Shown here: positions 17,458 to 18,814 of the stretch, one piece after another
How positions within the stretch are numbered: the first letter of the stretch is position 1
Layout: each line of letters opens with the position of its first letter
NCBI GenBank assembly: GCA_048939015.1
Contig: JBHLPW010000050.1
Location: forward strand, 16,803 to 35,616
Reading direction: 5' to 3'
Origin: Promethearchaeota archaeon
GTDB taxonomy: Archaea > Asgardarchaeota > Lokiarchaeia > Sigyniarchaeales > SOKP01
Length of the DNA: 18,814 bases
Notes under the pieces: generated by a model
Seen by the model: only the letters and a program-made list of their open reading frames with translations
What the model was told of the DNA's origin: nothing
The model's database searches: none
Position numbers and translations under genes: made by a program

Positions 17458-17697
17458 TCAATCGATATAACCTAAATCTCTTAACCGTTGTTTAACCTTC
17501 TCTTCCTCTTCTTTCGTAAATGCCTGTTTTGAGCGTTCTTCTTCTTCAATAGAAGATAAGACTTGTCTCAATACATAAGTTACATAACTTGAAACAGAAG
17601 AGAATCCAGTTCCTTTCATTCGTTCTTTAATTTTGTCTACAAGGACTTTAGGGATTGATACTGTTGTATATTCAACTTTATGTTCTTCTTCCGACAT
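17458..17697 (-). CDS. Ribbon-helix-helix (CopG/MetJ/Arc-like) transcriptional regulator
   Basis: YTTVSIP beta strand followed by K.L..KIKE..KGTGFSSVSSYVTYVLR helices; C-terminal EEEEKVKQRLRDLGYID tail. Confidence 0.85.
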   Translation of the reverse strand: MSEEEHKVEYTTVSIPKVLVDKIKERMKGTGFSSVSSYVTYVLRQVLSSIEEEERSKQAFTKEEEEKVKQRLRDLGYID

Positions 17698-17706
17698 ATT
17701 CTTTCA

Positions 17707-17744
17707 ATAATTACTGGTAATTATCTATGATTACAAGTAATTAA
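17707..17744. promoter_or_regulatory. Tandem palindromic operator (ATTAC-N2-GTAAT x2, 20-bp period)
   Basis: ATAATTAC-TG-GTAATTAT (17707-17724, perfect 8-bp arms) and atgATTAC-AA-GTAATtaa (17727-17744). Confidence 0.7.
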
Positions 17745-17750
17745 AATAAA

Positions 17751-17768
17751 TATATAAACTTTTTTCTG
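17751..17768 (-). promoter_or_regulatory. Archaeal BRE + TATA box for the RHH-sat-AlkP-cysC operon
   Basis: Minus strand reads cagaaaaaag-TTTATATA, a purine-rich BRE followed by TATA, ending 53 nt before the RHH ATG. Confidence 0.65.
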
Positions 17769-17810
17769 AAATGCGATGAATAGCCTCTTAGCAAAACTCT
17801 TGAATTTAAC

Positions 17811-18770
17811 CTACCTTTTTCTATTTTTTAACATTCTTCTAAAATTTCTAATATGAGAAGGTAAGAAAAAAAAGTAGTTATCATTTTCTGCAGGTAAATC
17901 CTTACAATCATTAATCTCTATGAGATCTGATATAAAATACTTACCTTTAATCAATTTATACATTTTATAATTGTTAGAAGATAAAATAAAATCAATAATA
18001 TCAGAAGGTTTTCCATCTCTTAAAATGATAGTGGAAGATAATTCTAAACAAAGTATAGGTGCATTCTTACTTTTCAATAAATTTTTGGCTCCTAGTAAAA
18101 CCTCTAATTCCCAACCTTCCACATCAATTTTAATCATTTTGATTTCTTTTATATTTTTTGTTGTAATTACATCATCTAATGGCTCAATTAGAGTTTCTTT
18201 CTCTGTTGATTTATAAATGTCATACTTAAGGAAAGTAGCATTTCCAAAATCTCTATGATAATAAATTTTTAGATTTTCTCTTTTTGATCCTAATGCATAA
18301 TTAAAAGTTTGGATATTCCTAATACTATTTAATTTAATATTTCTTAGGAAATGATTATAAATTGTAGGTTCTGGTTCAAAAGAATACACAAGCCCTTTAT
18401 TTCCTACATATTTTGAAGCTGCTAATGAAATCATACCAATATTGCTTCCAATGTCTATAAAAATATCACCGGGTACTAAAAAGTTTTTTAGAACATTAAT
18501 GACTCCTGCTTCATAAGTTCCAAATCGATATACTTGATGTTCAATTATATTATTATTTCTTAAATAAGCAATTAAAGAAAAATCGTAAATTGTGGGACAA
18601 ATTATAGTTTTTTTTGGTGAAGCAGGTATTATTATTCGAGAAATAAGTTTTCTGAAATACTCAGAACCCTTAAATGAATTTAATAACAAAAAATAATTAA
18701 TTTGATGTGCTAAAGAATTTTTATCTTTGAATCTAATCGAATAATCCTTTTTGAGAATAATTTTATTCAT
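17811..18770 (-). CDS. FkbM-family SAM-dependent methyltransferase
   Basis: YE...., FIDIGSNIG, SFEPEP, ALG, LDD, IKIDVEGWELEVLLGA. The frame stays open to the window edge, so the true start may be further upstream. Confidence 0.9.
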   Translation of the reverse strand: MNKIILKKDYSIRFKDKNSLAHQINYFLLLNSFKGSEYFRKLISRIIIPASPKKTIICPTIYDFSLIAYLRNNNIIEHQVYRFGTYEAGVINVLKNFLVPGDIFIDIGSNIGMISLAASKYVGNKGLVYSFEPEPTIYNHFLRNIKLNSIRNIQTFNYALGSKRENLKIYYHRDFGNATFLKYDIYKSTEKETLIEPLDDVITTKNIKEIKMIKIDVEGWELEVLLGAKNLLKSKNAPILCLELSSTIILRDGKPSDIIDFILSSNNYKMYKLIKGKYFISDLIEINDCKDLPAENDNYFFFLPSHIRNFRRMLKNRKR

Positions 18771-18814
18771 CAGGATATCTGTAAGGAGTTTTTTTCCTTT
18801 AAAAAAGGTATTTT

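Noticed and set aside
14355-18216. Small ORFs 14355-14606, 14561-14794, 14635-14853, 15747-15938, 16350-16565 and 17971-18216
   Set aside because: Shadows of cysC, AlkP, sat and FkbM.
1-18814. tRNA/rRNA, CRISPR array, transposase or integrase
   Set aside because: Intergenic gaps are short and very AT-rich, with no GC-rich structured segment, regularly spaced repeats or recombinase motifs visible by eye.

Overview
Very AT-rich, gene-dense archaeal window. The archaeal/eukaryal-type IleRS, a BRE-TATA promoter, a split transketolase and a ubiquitin-system-like protein point to an Asgard (Lokiarchaeia-like) archaeon; this is inferred, not database-checked. In order: the 3' end of a membrane protein gene; a 559-aa protein with four tandem non-catalytic E2/UBC(RWD/UEV)-like folds and a C-terminal C4HC3 RING (FANCL-like E3 architecture); ileS with an extra C-terminal Cys4 motif; two nucleotide-sugar SDRs divergent from an 8-gene cluster that interleaves heptose biosynthesis with the non-oxidative pentose phosphate pathway (hddA-gmhA-rpe-gmhB-tal-degenerate hldE kinase-tktN-tktC, with tktC apparently starting at ATT); a convergent sulfate-activation operon (RHH regulator-sat-AlkP superfamily enzyme-cysC) with tandem palindromic operators; and an FkbM methyltransferase. 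No RNA genes, CRISPR arrays or mobile elements were recognised.
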